Origin: Polyangiaceae bacterium
GTDB lineage: Bacteria > Myxococcota_A > Polyangia > Polyangiales > Polyangiaceae
Length of the DNA stretch: 31,855 bases
NCBI GenBank assembly: GCA_033763455.1
Contig: JANRKO010000021.1
Location: forward strand, 1 to 31,855
Direction: 5' to 3'
The translations under genes and the position numbers were made by a program. The notes below the pieces were generated by a model, which was not told the origin of the DNA, did not search any database, and saw only the letters and a program-made list of their open reading frames with translations. The stretch's first letter is position 1. Each line of letters starts with the position of its first letter. Shown here piece after piece: positions 16,619 to 26,859 of the stretch.

Positions 16619-18040
16619 ATGCTTTCGAACGCTGGCAGTCCACCGGCCGCAGACGCCACCGCGGCAAATAGCTCGGATGCGCCTGAGCCTTCCCCAATGA
16701 CCGACGAAGACGGCCGATCCCAGTACATAAGTGGTGTGGCGCCACGCCCTCGCGCCGAAACGATCGATGACGGTGCCCGGAGGACAGTGCCCGTTGGCCT
16801 CCCAGATGGCCCCTCGAGTGAGCCAATTCTGTTGAATGAGGTTGCACAGAAAGCTGTGCACCAGCTGGTGAAAGCATTGGAGAAGATTGGCGGTGGCATT
16901 GCTGATGCCGGTGACGCCGGCCGTGTCCTATCGCAACACGCCGTTGAGCTACGCAGCGTGATGGCACGTCCGGATATGAGTCACGGCGTGCTTGAAAAGC
17001 GGGTGCTCAGTTTGGAAGCCGAGTTGCGAGCGGCTAAGAGGCAAGCTGTTTCAGAAGTGTTGCGAACCTTGGAACAGAACGATGAGTTCCTTGCGCTCTT
17101 GATCGAAGAACACACGGCCGAGCTCAGGCAAGCAAAGCGCGAGCGCGACGAAGTGCTGGCACAAGTCGCGCGCCTGCGTTCGATGTCACCCACGGGCACG
17201 GCGCGAGCTCCCGGGGCAGAAGAGCCCGGGTTTCCGCCGGAACCGCCCACTGCGCGTCGTCCCAGTCACGTTCCACAGCAGCGCACCAAGACGGATCCAG
17301 GGTTAGGCAGCTCGCCGACATCCATGGCTCCGAGGGCAAACAATGCTCGCGATGAAATGCCTACGGCTCGGCCACCCGCTCAAGATCTTGGGGATAGGCT
17401 GAGCGAAGTGCAACGCCAACTCGTAGTTTCGAACGAAACCGTCGATAAGCTGCTAGCGGACAAGCAGCGTTCCCTGGAGCTTATCCGACGCCTCCAGGCC
17501 CAGCGGGATGACGCTCACCGCGAGCTTCTGCATCTGAAGCGCCAAGCTCTCGACTCCTCGCCCACCAAGAGCCGCCCAAGCCACGGGCAGCCTTCCGCTG
17601 AGCAAAAGGAACGCCCCACCGATCCTGCTCCCGCGCTCCCGCTTGTATCGTTTGAGCCCCAATCGCCTCAGTCAGTGAGCCCTGCCGGCCACAAGCCGGA
17701 GAGCGCTTGGGATCTGGACGGCTCCTTGCCTGCACCTCCTCTCTCCCTCGGCTCAGCGTTACCTCGCACCCGCCGTCCCAGTGAGGAAGAAGTCGAACAG
17801 TCTGAGCCCCCGCCCATGGAGCTCGGCGGCGCCTTTTTGAACATCGCTCCCCCCCCGCTCGGAGCGTTCCACGAAGAGTCCCCCGCGGCTTCTGCCCATG
17901 CACGGCCAGTGCTGCGTGCCAAGCCAAGCCTCGCAGAACGCCCCTTAGTAACGTATTCGTTTCGTCCTGATAGCGACAGTACGAACCAGACCGAGCTTGG
18001 GAAAATCAGCCTGAAGCCCCCTCGCGACCCCAGCGTTTAG
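16619..18040 (+). CDS. Hypothetical Pro/Ser-rich protein with two coiled-coil segments
   Basis: 473-codon ORF with heptad-like helical stretches (LEKRVLSLEAELRAAK..., LSEVQRQL...LQAQRDDAHRELLHLKRQ) separated by low-complexity regions. The start may be ATG 16697. Confidence 0.75.
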   Translation: MLSNAGSPPAADATAANSSDAPEPSPMTDEDGRSQYISGVAPRPRAETIDDGARRTVPVGLPDGPSSEPILLNEVAQKAVHQLVKALEKIGGGIADAGDAGRVLSQHAVELRSVMARPDMSHGVLEKRVLSLEAELRAAKRQAVSEVLRTLEQNDEFLALLIEEHTAELRQAKRERDEVLAQVARLRSMSPTGTARAPGAEEPGFPPEPPTARRPSHVPQQRTKTDPGLGSSPTSMAPRANNARDEMPTARPPAQDLGDRLSEVQRQLVVSNETVDKLLADKQRSLELIRRLQAQRDDAHRELLHLKRQALDSSPTKSRPSHGQPSAEQKERPTDPAPALPLVSFEPQSPQSVSPAGHKPESAWDLDGSLPAPPLSLGSALPRTRRPSEEEVEQSEPPPMELGGAFLNIAPPPLGAFHEESPAASAHARPVLRAKPSLAERPLVTYSFRPDSDSTNQTELGKISLKPPRDPSV

Positions 18041-18085
18041 CTCGGGGCTTGTGCCCGGCACCTGAATTCGGCATCCCGCAAGGTA

Positions 18086-18910
18086 ATGGGTGTTCGCTAC
18101 GTCACAGGTTGGGGTCGCCTGGAAGCACTGGTGGCTTCGGCTTTGGTGTTCTCGGTGTTCTCGGTGCTTTGGACGCGGGCCGCCCCGTTTGCGCTGGCGT
18201 TCTCCCTGTTCAGTTTTCTCACCGCCGGCGGAGCTACCGCACCACGCGCTCGCCGGCTTGCGGCCATGGCCACAAGCATCGTCGCGGTAATTGGTCTCCT
18301 CAGATTCACGGCACAAGAGGCGCTACCGGGCATTGTCGAGTCTGGCAAGCGTGCGAGCGGGCAGCGGGCTGTCTCGCACCTGCGCCAGCTCTGGTTTGCT
18401 GAAGGGGTCATGCGCGAACAAGCCGAGATCGATCCTGATAACGACGGGGTAGGTTCCGCTGGATTGATCGAGGAGGTTGCAGGGCGAGCGAATGTGCGTG
18501 GGCGATTCACCCCCCTTTTGGCGCCCATGGCCATGGCTCGTGGAGCCACCGTGGTTCGGGTGCCGGGGGGCCCATGCCTTCAATTGGATGGCTACTGTTT
18601 CTTAGTTTGTGTCCCGCGCTTGGGGGGAGGCTGGGTTTCGGATCCGCAAGAAAGCAGCAAGATTGACGAGGAACGGGCCGAGCGACGTTTTGTGGCCTAC
18701 GCTTGGCCGGCACATGCCGAAGCGGCTCTAAGCGAAAGCTTTTTCATTGATGAACACGAGAACATCTTGGTTCAACGCCCAACGCCCGGTTCAGCCTACG
18801 CTGGCCAACGTTCCCCCAGTTGCGAGGCAGCTCTCGAGCGCCCAGCCGAATGGGCTCGGTGGCGTAACAAGCAGCCACGGGAAACGCTGCCAGGTGCAGG
18901 AGCTCGCTAA
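18086..18910 (+). CDS. Membrane-anchored protein with a pilin/pseudopilin-like (DUF2950-like) globular domain
   Basis: Hydrophobic N-terminal segments, then ALPGIVESGKRASGQRAVSHLRQL..AE (pilin alpha1-like), IDPDNDGVG, GYCF, FVAYAWP, FFIDE. Family assignment is by resemblance only. Confidence 0.6.
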   Translation: MGVRYVTGWGRLEALVASALVFSVFSVLWTRAAPFALAFSLFSFLTAGGATAPRARRLAAMATSIVAVIGLLRFTAQEALPGIVESGKRASGQRAVSHLRQLWFAEGVMREQAEIDPDNDGVGSAGLIEEVAGRANVRGRFTPLLAPMAMARGATVVRVPGGPCLQLDGYCFLVCVPRLGGGWVSDPQESSKIDEERAERRFVAYAWPAHAEAALSESFFIDEHENILVQRPTPGSAYAGQRSPSCEAALERPAEWARWRNKQPRETLPGAGAR

Positions 18911-18913
18911 CTG

Positions 18914-19237
18914 ATGGGCTTTATCGACCGCCAGAAGGAGCGCCTCGGGGTAAGCCTAACCCGTACTTCGGGCGGGGCTATCGAGAGCACCGACGATCCG
19001 CCCGTGGTGGCTCGCATGGTGATTGAAATCCGCTCGGATGGTTCACGCACCATCGCGAGGGGCGCAGTGGAAGACGCGCTCACGGGCGAAAGAGTGGCCA
19101 TTGAAGCGAGGGGCTCCACACCCATGGCGCTCGCTGCCTCACTCACCGGCACACTGACCAAGAGTCTCATCAGCGTACCCACTCTTGCACGTCACGGCGT
19201 AAAGGCGCTGCTGAAGGGCGCCTTGGGCAAAAAATAG
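18914..19237 (+). CDS. Small hypothetical protein
   Basis: 107-aa ORF starting 3 nt after the upstream stop; ordered-looking core PPVVARMVIEIRSDGSRTIARGAVED. Confidence 0.7.
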   Translation: MGFIDRQKERLGVSLTRTSGGAIESTDDPPVVARMVIEIRSDGSRTIARGAVEDALTGERVAIEARGSTPMALAASLTGTLTKSLISVPTLARHGVKALLKGALGKK

Positions 19238-19320
19238 TTCCTTTTGGCGTACTTTTTTGATTTCTCCGGTCGATCGATCGCGTGCATGCTATGTAGGGCG
19301 AACGTTTCCGGACTAGGGGT

Positions 19321-19851
19321 ATGCCGTTGGGATTGGACAAGTTTATCAGTTGGCGTTGGATGCCCTGTGTCGCCTTGAGCGCGATGTCGATTGGTTTCGT
19401 AGCGGTAGCTGTGCTCCTTGTCCCTCGCCCCGAACGCACCGTCACGCTTTCGGCATCCTCCGGAGACGTTAATCTAAGTTCTATTCCGAACAATGAAGTG
19501 CCGAGCGCCAATGATCGGCCGAGCTCCGGGCACCAAGCTCAGCTGGCTCGGCGCGGGTTTCGTTCCGCGGAACCGGGAAGGCAAGCACCCGCTGCACCCG
19601 GGTACCCCGCCCCAGGCTACGCAGCCATGGCCCCAACGCCATACTCAGATTCCGTGCCCGCACAGCCGCGCAACTTGGTGGCTCGCGCGAGCTACGGCAT
19701 GCAGAACTTCGCCGAGGTCGCCAAAGTGAAGGTCACCGGCGAGTCTGAGGTCATCGGTGAGTCTGAAGCGGTATCGCCCGGCGGGGGCACCGGAGCCGCC
19801 GCCGGCTTGGCCCAACCAGCCAGCTCTGCTGCTGCCGGCGCTGCACCCTAA
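19321..19851 (+). CDS. Hypothetical protein with one N-terminal TM segment and a low-complexity tail
   Basis: AGGGG RBS before ATG; hydrophobic segment CVALSAMSIGFVAVAVLLV; Pro/Ala-rich remainder; fills the gap between neighbouring genes. Confidence 0.6.
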   Translation: MPLGLDKFISWRWMPCVALSAMSIGFVAVAVLLVPRPERTVTLSASSGDVNLSSIPNNEVPSANDRPSSGHQAQLARRGFRSAEPGRQAPAAPGYPAPGYAAMAPTPYSDSVPAQPRNLVARASYGMQNFAEVAKVKVTGESEVIGESEAVSPGGGTGAAAGLAQPASSAAAGAAP

Positions 19852-19883
19852 AGCACTGGGTGCCCCGAAGAGCGCTGGCTTTT

Positions 19884-20237
19884 CTAGTAGCCGCGAAAAC
19901 GTGAGATAGCTCGTCGTTCCGTCTTTGTGGGTCGCCCGGCTCCCCGCACACGAACTGCAAACTCGGGTTCTTCGGTTGGGGGCGGGGAGCGATCTTCGTA
20001 CAGAGCTCGTGCCAATGGTGCCGATAGCCGCTTCTCGGCGAGCGCCAATACAAAAAGCACGATGCGCCCTCGCGGAGCTAGCCCACTCACTTCCTCCCCC
20101 ACGCGCAAGGCGCGGCTCGGCTTTACCGTCTCACCGTTAACCTTGACAGCACCACCGGTACACGCCTCCGTCGCAAGCACACGTGACTTGAAGATTCGTG
20201 CGGCCACAAGCCAACGGTCGATTCGGACGGACTCCAT
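19884..20237 (-). CDS. hslR: Ribosome-associated heat shock protein Hsp15 (S4 domain)
   Basis: VRIDRWLVAARIFKSR.LA..AC.GG.VKVNG..VKPS and C-terminal R.RGAGRPTKTERR. Confidence 0.92.
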   Translation of the reverse strand: MESVRIDRWLVAARIFKSRVLATEACTGGAVKVNGETVKPSRALRVGEEVSGLAPRGRIVLFVLALAEKRLSAPLARALYEDRSPPPTEEPEFAVRVRGAGRPTKTERRAISRFRGY

Positions 20238-20371
20238 TGAGAGCCCGGATTATACGTGACCCCGAACCGCGACCCAACCAGGGCTTCGCCACTAGCTTTG
20301 GCCCTGAGCCGCCGGACATGCGTGACGCCTTCGCGCTTGAGGCACCCGCTTCCGAGCTGTACCGTAGCGGA

Positions 20372-21382
20372 ATGCGCGCAATCCAGCTCGATGGTGGCTT
20401 TGGTGTGGCAAAGCTTTCGGTCACGGAACGCCCCCGTAGCGTTGTGGGTCCCGGACAAATTGAGCTCCGAATGTTGGCGGCCTCGCTCAACTACCGAGAC
20501 CTTCTCATGGTGCGCGGGGAGTACGATCCCAAGCTCGGGCTACCGTTGATCCCTGGGTCCGATGGCGTCGGCGAGATTGTAACGATGGGGGAAGGAGTCT
20601 CAGAGTTTCGATTGGGCGAGCGCGTATGTCCGCTCGTGGCCAACGGCTGGTATGAAGGATCCCCCACCCGCACCACGTTGCGCCAAACGCGCGGCGGCCC
20701 GCTCGATGGGGTGCTACAGGAGTACGTCGTGCTGAACGCCGGGGATGTGGTGCGACCACCCGCTTTCTTATCGAACGAACAGGCTGCGACGTTACCATGC
20801 GCGGCCCTCACAGCTTTCAGTGCGCTGTTTCGCCACAGCAAGCTTGTGTCGTCGGAGTGCGTCTTGGTGCTGGGCACTGGGGGCGTTTCGATGTTTGCGC
20901 TCCAGTTTGCCAAAGCCGCAGGCGCTCGCGTCATCGTGACGAGCCGTTCGGATGAAAAGCTTGCCAAAGCGCGGTCGCTCGGTGCCGATTTCACACTCAA
21001 CACCGGCATTAACCCCGAATTTGGCCAGAAAGTACGCGAGCTTTCAGGGGGTGAAGGCGTGGACTACGTGATCGAAGTCGGAGGAGCGGATACACTCGCA
21101 GAATCCCTGCGTGCGGTGCGACCCGGGGGCTCGGTGCATCTGATTGGTGTGCTCGCGGGTAAACAAGGGCCGCTCAATCTTTTGCCGCTTCTCATGCGAG
21201 ACGTGCGCTTGCAAGGGGTCTTCATCGGCCCTCGGCGGAGCTTTGTCGAGATGAATCAACTGATCCAAGAGCGAAAAATAGTTCCCGCCATCGACCGCTC
21301 CTTTCCACTGGACGAGGCCCGCGAGGCATTCAGTTACCTCGCGAGCGGGGCCCATGTGGGCAAGGTTTGTTTACGGTTCTAG
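20372..21382 (+). CDS. MDR-family NAD(P)-dependent oxidoreductase (zinc-type alcohol dehydrogenase-like)
   Basis: AASLNYRDL, IPGSDGVGEI, AATLPCAALTAF, VLGTGGVS, EVGG..TL, H.GKV. Start moved to ATG 20372 (MRAIQL). Confidence 0.92.
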   Translation: MRAIQLDGGFGVAKLSVTERPRSVVGPGQIELRMLAASLNYRDLLMVRGEYDPKLGLPLIPGSDGVGEIVTMGEGVSEFRLGERVCPLVANGWYEGSPTRTTLRQTRGGPLDGVLQEYVVLNAGDVVRPPAFLSNEQAATLPCAALTAFSALFRHSKLVSSECVLVLGTGGVSMFALQFAKAAGARVIVTSRSDEKLAKARSLGADFTLNTGINPEFGQKVRELSGGEGVDYVIEVGGADTLAESLRAVRPGGSVHLIGVLAGKQGPLNLLPLLMRDVRLQGVFIGPRRSFVEMNQLIQERKIVPAIDRSFPLDEAREAFSYLASGAHVGKVCLRF

Positions 21383-21420
21383 GGAGGGCGAGCCAACGGC
21401 TCAGCGCCGCGGCATGAAGC

Positions 21421-22302
21421 TCAACCCTGGCGCTTCTGCCTGCGCAGCATGGCACCACCTAGAGCGAGCCCAAAAAGCGCCAACACTCCCGACGAGACTT
21501 TCTCGCCCGGTGCGGGGCTAGCAGCACAGCTCGCCGAAGCCTCACCTTCGGCATTACAGCTGCCCCCTGTACACTCCGCACTTCCACGCGCTGAAACATC
21601 CACATTCACGGCAAGCTTGGCCTTGAGTGCATCGATGCACTTCTGAGCATTACCGTCTGTATCAACGTATTTGCCATCGCAGAAGATGGCGCCTTCGGGC
21701 TTCGTGCACTCTGCCTCACACTTACCCTTAACCATCACCTCGCACATGGCAGAGCCTCCTTTTTGGCAGCTGAGCTGGCAGCTTCCGTTGGCCTTCGCCT
21801 TGCACTCGCCCTGGCAACTCGCGTTGCACTTAGCTTTGCAGTCTGCCGTGGGCGGAACCACCTTGCAGCTCGCGTCGCACTCACCACTTGCCGTGGCCTT
21901 GCAAGAAGCCGTGCACTGGGCTTTGTCTGCCTCAGCCATACACGACGCGGCGCACATGCCTTCAGCTTTCGCAGTGCAGTTTGCGGCACAATCAAACTGA
22001 GCGGGAGTTGCAGTGCAGCTCGCCTCACAAGACGTGATGTCACAGCTGCCGGTGCAGGTTGCATCCACCGTTGCATTGCACATTCCCTGACAGCTCACGA
22101 AGAGATCGGCCGCGCAAGAAGCTTGGACGCTAAGTGGTGTACACGCAGCCGTACACCCTCCGCTCGTCTCCACCTTACACATTGCATCCGCCTTAACATC
22201 GATGTTTCCACACTCCGCCAGCCCAGCCTGGGCAGGGGTCGCCGTGAAAGCGGCGAGGGCGAGCGCCAACGGTAAAGCTAAATTCGTGAGATGGATTTTC
22301 AT
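21421..22302 (-). CDS. Secreted Cys-rich (CxxxC-repeat) protein with MYXO-CTERM-like sorting signal
   Basis: Signal peptide ending AQA; 33 Cys, many as CxxxC pairs; C-terminus SCAA-spacer-hydrophobic helix-RRQKR. AAAGGA RBS. Confidence 0.8.
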   Translation of the reverse strand: MKIHLTNLALPLALALAAFTATPAQAGLAECGNIDVKADAMCKVETSGGCTAACTPLSVQASCAADLFVSCQGMCNATVDATCTGSCDITSCEASCTATPAQFDCAANCTAKAEGMCAASCMAEADKAQCTASCKATASGECDASCKVVPPTADCKAKCNASCQGECKAKANGSCQLSCQKGGSAMCEVMVKGKCEAECTKPEGAIFCDGKYVDTDGNAQKCIDALKAKLAVNVDVSARGSAECTGGSCNAEGEASASCAASPAPGEKVSSGVLALFGLALGGAMLRRQKRQG

Positions 22303-22388
22303 GGCTGCGGTCCTTTTATGTGTAAGGGAGGAGACGGGACAAAGAGGTAGGGCAAACGTAGGTTAGACAGCCCAAGCCCCTAGAAACT

Positions 22389-24626
22389 TCACTCACTGCC
22401 CGCGAGAGCTGATTTCTGAGGCTGGCGCTTCACCGGGCTCACTGCAGAGGCCCCAAAAAAGCGTCGTTCTTCGCGCGCCATGCGCTGCAAGAACTCGGCC
22501 GGAGCAAACCTCGGGCCATACTCGGACGCAAAGCGCTCCAGCTGCCGCACGATTGCCACGGGGCCAACCGCATCGACGTAGCGAAATGGACCGCCACGAA
22601 ACGGAGGAAACCCAAGGCCCATCACCGCGCCGATGTCCCCATCGCGAGCAGAACGTAAGATCCCTTCTTCAAAGCAGCGCACGGCTTCGTTGATGAAAGC
22701 AAAAGCACAGCGTTGAGCGATAATGGTTTTCGGGAGTGAAAGCTTCTTAGGTTGCCCAATGAGCCCGTAGACACTTTCATCAACCGGGCGCTTGCCCTTG
22801 TCCTTCTTCGATCCGTATACGTAAAATCCTTTTTGGTTTTTGCGCCCCAATCGGCCTTCGGCAACCAAGCGCCCCACCGTCTTCGGGGCAGCCATGCGCT
22901 CGCCGAACGCGTGGTGCAGCACTTTGCCCACCTTCTCGGCCACGTCGATACCCACCTCATCTATCAAAGTGATAGGCCCCACCGGAAAACCCCACTCCAC
23001 CAAGGCATCATCGATGGCATCAATACTCAAACCTTCGCCCAGCAAATGCGCCGCTTCATTCATGTACGGGCCCAAGATGCGCGTGGTGTAAAAGCCCGGA
23101 CCATCGTTCACCACAATGACCGTTTTCCCCTGCTTTTTTCCTATTTGAACGGCGGTGGCGGTGGCCCACGGCGCCGTCTTTTCGGTGACGATGATCTCCA
23201 GGAGTGGCATTTTGTGAACCGGGGAGAAGTAGTGCATGCCGAGCACCCTTTCGGGGGCACGGCTTGCAGCGGCGAGGTCCGCAATCGGCAACGAAGATGT
23301 ATTAGACGCAAAGATCAGGTTCGGATGCCCGTTCTCTTCGGTCTGCTTCAAGACTGACCGCTTCAACTCCAGATCTTCAAACACCGCCTCAATCACCAAC
23401 TCAGCATCGTGAAACCCTGAGTACGAGGAAGTCGGCGTGATGGTCGCGAGCAAGGCATCCCGCTCGGTCGCGCTCAAGCGGCGCCTGGCCACCCGTTCAT
23501 CGGCAATACCTCGGATGTAGTTCATACCGCGCCCGAGGCCGACGTCATCGCGATCCTTCAAGCGAACAGGGAGCCCCGCCTGAGCCGCGGTAACGTACGC
23601 TACGCCGGCGCCCATGAGCCCGGCTCCGAGCACTCCTACTTTGTGCACAACCGCGGGCTTTACAGAAGCATCATCCACACCACTGTCGCGCTTCTGCTCA
23701 TTGGTTGCAAAAAAGAGATTCATCAGCTCACGAGCTTCAGGCGTGACCACAAGGTCCCCAAACGCCTGAGATTCAGCCTGGAGACCACGTTCGAAGCCCT
23801 TGGCCAACCCCGTTCGCACCACTTCCAAGATGCGCTCTGGCGCCGGATAATTTCCGTGGGTCTTCCGACGCAACTGCTGCTTAGCTTTATCGAAGAGTAT
23901 CTTTCGACCAATGGGATTTTCAACAAGCAAGGCCTCCACCACAGCTGCCTTATCAAACCCCTTGTGAAGCGTGCGAAAGTGCCCACGGCGCCCAGATTCA
24001 CTCATCTTGAGTGCCAGCTTCGCGGCGACCTCGACCACAATGGCGGGAGGCACCACGTCATCCAAAAGGCCCATGCGTTTGGCACGGCGACTGTCAATCT
24101 GCTTACCCGTTAGCATCATATCGAGGGACGCCTGGATACCGACCAAACGCGGTAGCCGTTGCGTACCGCCAAGGCCCGGCAACACTCCTAACTGCACCTC
24201 CGGCAACCCGAGCTTGGTCTTCTCGTGACTGCTCCCCACCCTACCATGACAAGCTAACGCCACCTCCAAGCCACCCCCTAGGCAGGCGCCATGGATCGCG
24301 GCGACCACCGGGCGCGAAAAATCAGCCAGCTTTCCGAGCGCGCGTTGACCTGCGTTTGAAAGCGCACTCGCTTCGGAGGCTACCTGAACCTTCTTCAGCA
24401 TCTTGATGTCCGCGCCAGCAATGAAGCCATCGGGCTTACCCGAGGCAATCACCACGGCACGCACACTCTGATCGGCGTCGATTTCGGCCAACGCCGCCGT
24501 GAACTCTTCGGCAAAGTTGGGCTGGAGAGTATTTACGGGTTCGTCCGGAACATCGATGCGAATCACGGCAACGCCATCGTTGCGTTTCTCGATCGTGAGC
24601 GACTTTTCAAAAACCTGACTGATCAC
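22389..24626 (-). CDS. fadJ: Fatty acid oxidation complex alpha subunit (enoyl-CoA hydratase / 3-hydroxyacyl-CoA dehydrogenase)
   Basis: [70 protein letters not shown] 24626 overlaps the fadI TGA and has a GGAGG RBS. Confidence 0.93.
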   Translation of the reverse strand: MISQVFEKSLTIEKRNDGVAVIRIDVPDEPVNTLQPNFAEEFTAALAEIDADQSVRAVVIASGKPDGFIAGADIKMLKKVQVASEASALSNAGQRALGKLADFSRPVVAAIHGACLGGGLEVALACHGRVGSSHEKTKLGLPEVQLGVLPGLGGTQRLPRLVGIQASLDMMLTGKQIDSRRAKRMGLLDDVVPPAIVVEVAAKLALKMSESGRRGHFRTLHKGFDKAAVVEALLVENPIGRKILFDKAKQQLRRKTHGNYPAPERILEVVRTGLAKGFERGLQAESQAFGDLVVTPEARELMNLFFATNEQKRDSGVDDASVKPAVVHKVGVLGAGLMGAGVAYVTAAQAGLPVRLKDRDDVGLGRGMNYIRGIADERVARRRLSATERDALLATITPTSSYSGFHDAELVIEAVFEDLELKRSVLKQTEENGHPNLIFASNTSSLPIADLAAASRAPERVLGMHYFSPVHKMPLLEIIVTEKTAPWATATAVQIGKKQGKTVIVVNDGPGFYTTRILGPYMNEAAHLLGEGLSIDAIDDALVEWGFPVGPITLIDEVGIDVAEKVGKVLHHAFGERMAAPKTVGRLVAEGRLGRKNQKGFYVYGSKKDKGKRPVDESVYGLIGQPKKLSLPKTIIAQRCAFAFINEAVRCFEEGILRSARDGDIGAVMGLGFPPFRGGPFRYVDAVGPVAIVRQLERFASEYGPRFAPAEFLQRMAREERRFFGASAVSPVKRQPQKSALAGSE

Positions 24627-25918
24627 GCAACCTCCAAAACCATCGCGGCACCGAGGCCGCCTGCCGCACATGCCGTGCACAAACCGAACTGTTGACCCCG
24701 GCGCTGAAGCTCTCGCAATGTTTGAGTGATCTGGCGCGCACCCGTTGCAGCAAAGGGGTGCCCCACCGCGAGCGAACCTCCGTTTACATTGAACTTCTCG
24801 CGGTCAATCATCCCAATTTTAGAAGAGCGCCCAAGCTTTTGCTGCGCAAACTTGTCGCTCTCAAAAGCCTGAATATTGCTCAACACCTGAGCGGCGAAGG
24901 CCTCATGCATGTCAATCAAGTGCATGTCAGCAAGCGTGAGCCCTGCGCGATCCAACGCAATCGGTGTGGCGTAGGCAGGCCCCATCAAAAGCTGCTCTGA
25001 CGGATCCAAAGCCGCAAACGCGTAACTCCTGATGAATCCAAGGATGTTGAGGCCTAAGGAGCGGGCCTTATCTTCGCGCATCAGGAGAATAGCGCTCGCA
25101 CCATCCGTTAAGGGTGACGAATTGCCGGCGGTTACGGTGCCATAGTTGCGATCGAACACCGGCCGCAGTTTAGCGTAGCTTTCCAGTAGCGAATCTTTTC
25201 GCACCAGATTATCTTCAGTAAACGGCTCGTATTTGGGGGGCACAAACACGTGCATCACTTCGTCATCGAATTTGCCCGCGGCCCAGGCTTTGGCCGCTAG
25301 CGTGTGGCTCAAGTGCGCAAATTCATCCTGCTCGCGACGACCAATGCCATTTTCCTTGGCCATCTTTTCGGCGCTTTCACCCATGGTGAGGCCCGTGGAA
25401 GGCTCCTTCAGTGCCGGAGGGATGGGAGCGAGATCTCCGAGGTGCACACCCTTAAACGCAGCCAATTTAGCACCGAGGCTCTTGGCTTTGCTCGCTTCCA
25501 CTAAGGCTCCTGCCAAACGCTTGTTCACGGCCATGGGCACGTCGCTCGCGCTATCCGCACCCCCTGCAATCCCACACGTGATGGCGCCGGCCCAAATCGA
25601 CTCCGCAACATTGACCGTGGATTGATAACTGGTGGCGCATGCTCTCGACACGCTGTAGGCATCCGTGCTGCGCGGCATACCCGTACCGAGCACCACTTCA
25701 CGCGCGATATTCGGCGCGGCCAATGAAGGGATCACCTGCCCGTAGACGACCTGCTCTACGGCACTTTGGGGCACACCCGTCCGTTGCAAAAGCTCGGCTA
25801 CAACTATCTTCCCCAAATCCAATGCGGTTAGATGGCGATAAGCCGCGCCCACTTTACTAAAGGGCGTGCGAAGGCCCCCAACAATGGCAACCCGTGGTCT
25901 GCCTGCAAACTCATTCAT
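24623..25918 (-). CDS. fadI: Acetyl-CoA C-acyltransferase (3-ketoacyl-CoA thiolase)
   Basis: [45 protein letters not shown]. Start ATG 25918 with a GAGAGGA RBS. Confidence 0.94.
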   Translation of the reverse strand: MNEFAGRPRVAIVGGLRTPFSKVGAAYRHLTALDLGKIVVAELLQRTGVPQSAVEQVVYGQVIPSLAAPNIAREVVLGTGMPRSTDAYSVSRACATSYQSTVNVAESIWAGAITCGIAGGADSASDVPMAVNKRLAGALVEASKAKSLGAKLAAFKGVHLGDLAPIPPALKEPSTGLTMGESAEKMAKENGIGRREQDEFAHLSHTLAAKAWAAGKFDDEVMHVFVPPKYEPFTEDNLVRKDSLLESYAKLRPVFDRNYGTVTAGNSSPLTDGASAILLMREDKARSLGLNILGFIRSYAFAALDPSEQLLMGPAYATPIALDRAGLTLADMHLIDMHEAFAAQVLSNIQAFESDKFAQQKLGRSSKIGMIDREKFNVNGGSLAVGHPFAATGARQITQTLRELQRRGQQFGLCTACAAGGLGAAMVLEVA

Positions 25919-26062
25919 GTGTGGTCTGATCCTCTCACCAACCAATATCCCAAGCTTCAGATCGATAGAGTCCGTGACGCAACGTGTCAACCCCGCCGTG
26001 AACCGATTGAGACTTCAGCGAGAAGACGCGCAGCCGGTCCTCTGGTAGGCAAAAGCAGCCGT

Positions 26063-26761
26063 ATGCTTCCTGCACCTTCTCCGCTTCTGGTCGTCTTATT
26101 TATCGCTGTGACGCTGGGGACTTTGGCACTGCTCCTGCTGGGGCTTGCTCGCTTCGCGGCCGATCGCTCAGCGTTCATGAAGTGGGTGCTTCCGCCTGTG
26201 TTCGCCTGGGCAGCACTCAGCGCCGCATTGGGCTCGCTCGGGCTGTTGAAGGATTTCAGCATGCCACCCAAAGTCGGGCTACTCATCGTTCTCGGGTTCG
26301 TGCTTACGGTCGTCACCGCGTTCTCACGTCCGGTGAGAACCTATATGGATAGGGTGCCACTCTGGTTTGTCATTGGCATCAACGTATTTCGCTTGCCGCT
26401 CGAACTCACGATGCACTTGGCTGCCAGCGAAGGCATCATGCCGCCCCAAATGAGCTACTCGGGCTCCAACCTGGATATTCTCACCGGTTGCCTGGCCCTG
26501 CCCACAGCTTGGCTCGCCTACAAAGGAAAGCTCCCGCACCTAGGCATGCGCCTGTTCAACATCGTGGGAGCAACGCTGCTTATCAACATCGTCGGCATCG
26601 CGGTGATGTCGATGCCCACCCCGCTCAGGCGCTTCCTCAACGACCCTCCCAATATCTGGATCGCAGATTTTCCGTTCGTATGGTTACCCACAGTTTTGGT
26701 CCCCATCGCGCTCTTTAGCCACCTTACGCTCTTTCGACGTGTAGCCACTTGGCGGGGCTAA
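26063..26761 (+). CDS. Uncharacterised polytopic membrane protein
   Basis: About 7 hydrophobic segments with conserved-looking polar motifs FRLPLEL, PPQMSYSG.N.DILTG, FPFVWLP..LVP..H. Start moved to ATG 26063. Confidence 0.8.
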   Translation: MLPAPSPLLVVLFIAVTLGTLALLLLGLARFAADRSAFMKWVLPPVFAWAALSAALGSLGLLKDFSMPPKVGLLIVLGFVLTVVTAFSRPVRTYMDRVPLWFVIGINVFRLPLELTMHLAASEGIMPPQMSYSGSNLDILTGCLALPTAWLAYKGKLPHLGMRLFNIVGATLLINIVGIAVMSMPTPLRRFLNDPPNIWIADFPFVWLPTVLVPIALFSHLTLFRRVATWRG

Positions 26762-26833
26762 GAGGGGTTGCACGTGCGGAAAAGCGCGATCCCCCCCTTG
26801 GGCCCCGGCAGAAGAATGAAAAGCTCACACATC

Positions 26834-26859
26834 CACGTCGTCTTTTCACGTCGTCTTTT
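26834..26859. repeat. Perfect 13-bp tandem duplication CACGTCGTCTTTT x2
   Basis: Read directly at 26834-26846 and 26847-26859 in the intergenic region. Confidence 0.85.

Noticed and set aside
19245..19262. TGGCGTAC...TTGA as a sigma54 promoter
   Set aside because: There is no GC at the -12 position and the spacing is wrong.
21421..22302. CxxxC-repeat protein as a radical-SAM or MNIO RiPP precursor
   Set aside because: It is 293 aa with a signal peptide and membrane anchor, and no radical SAM, DUF692, peptidase or transporter gene is nearby.
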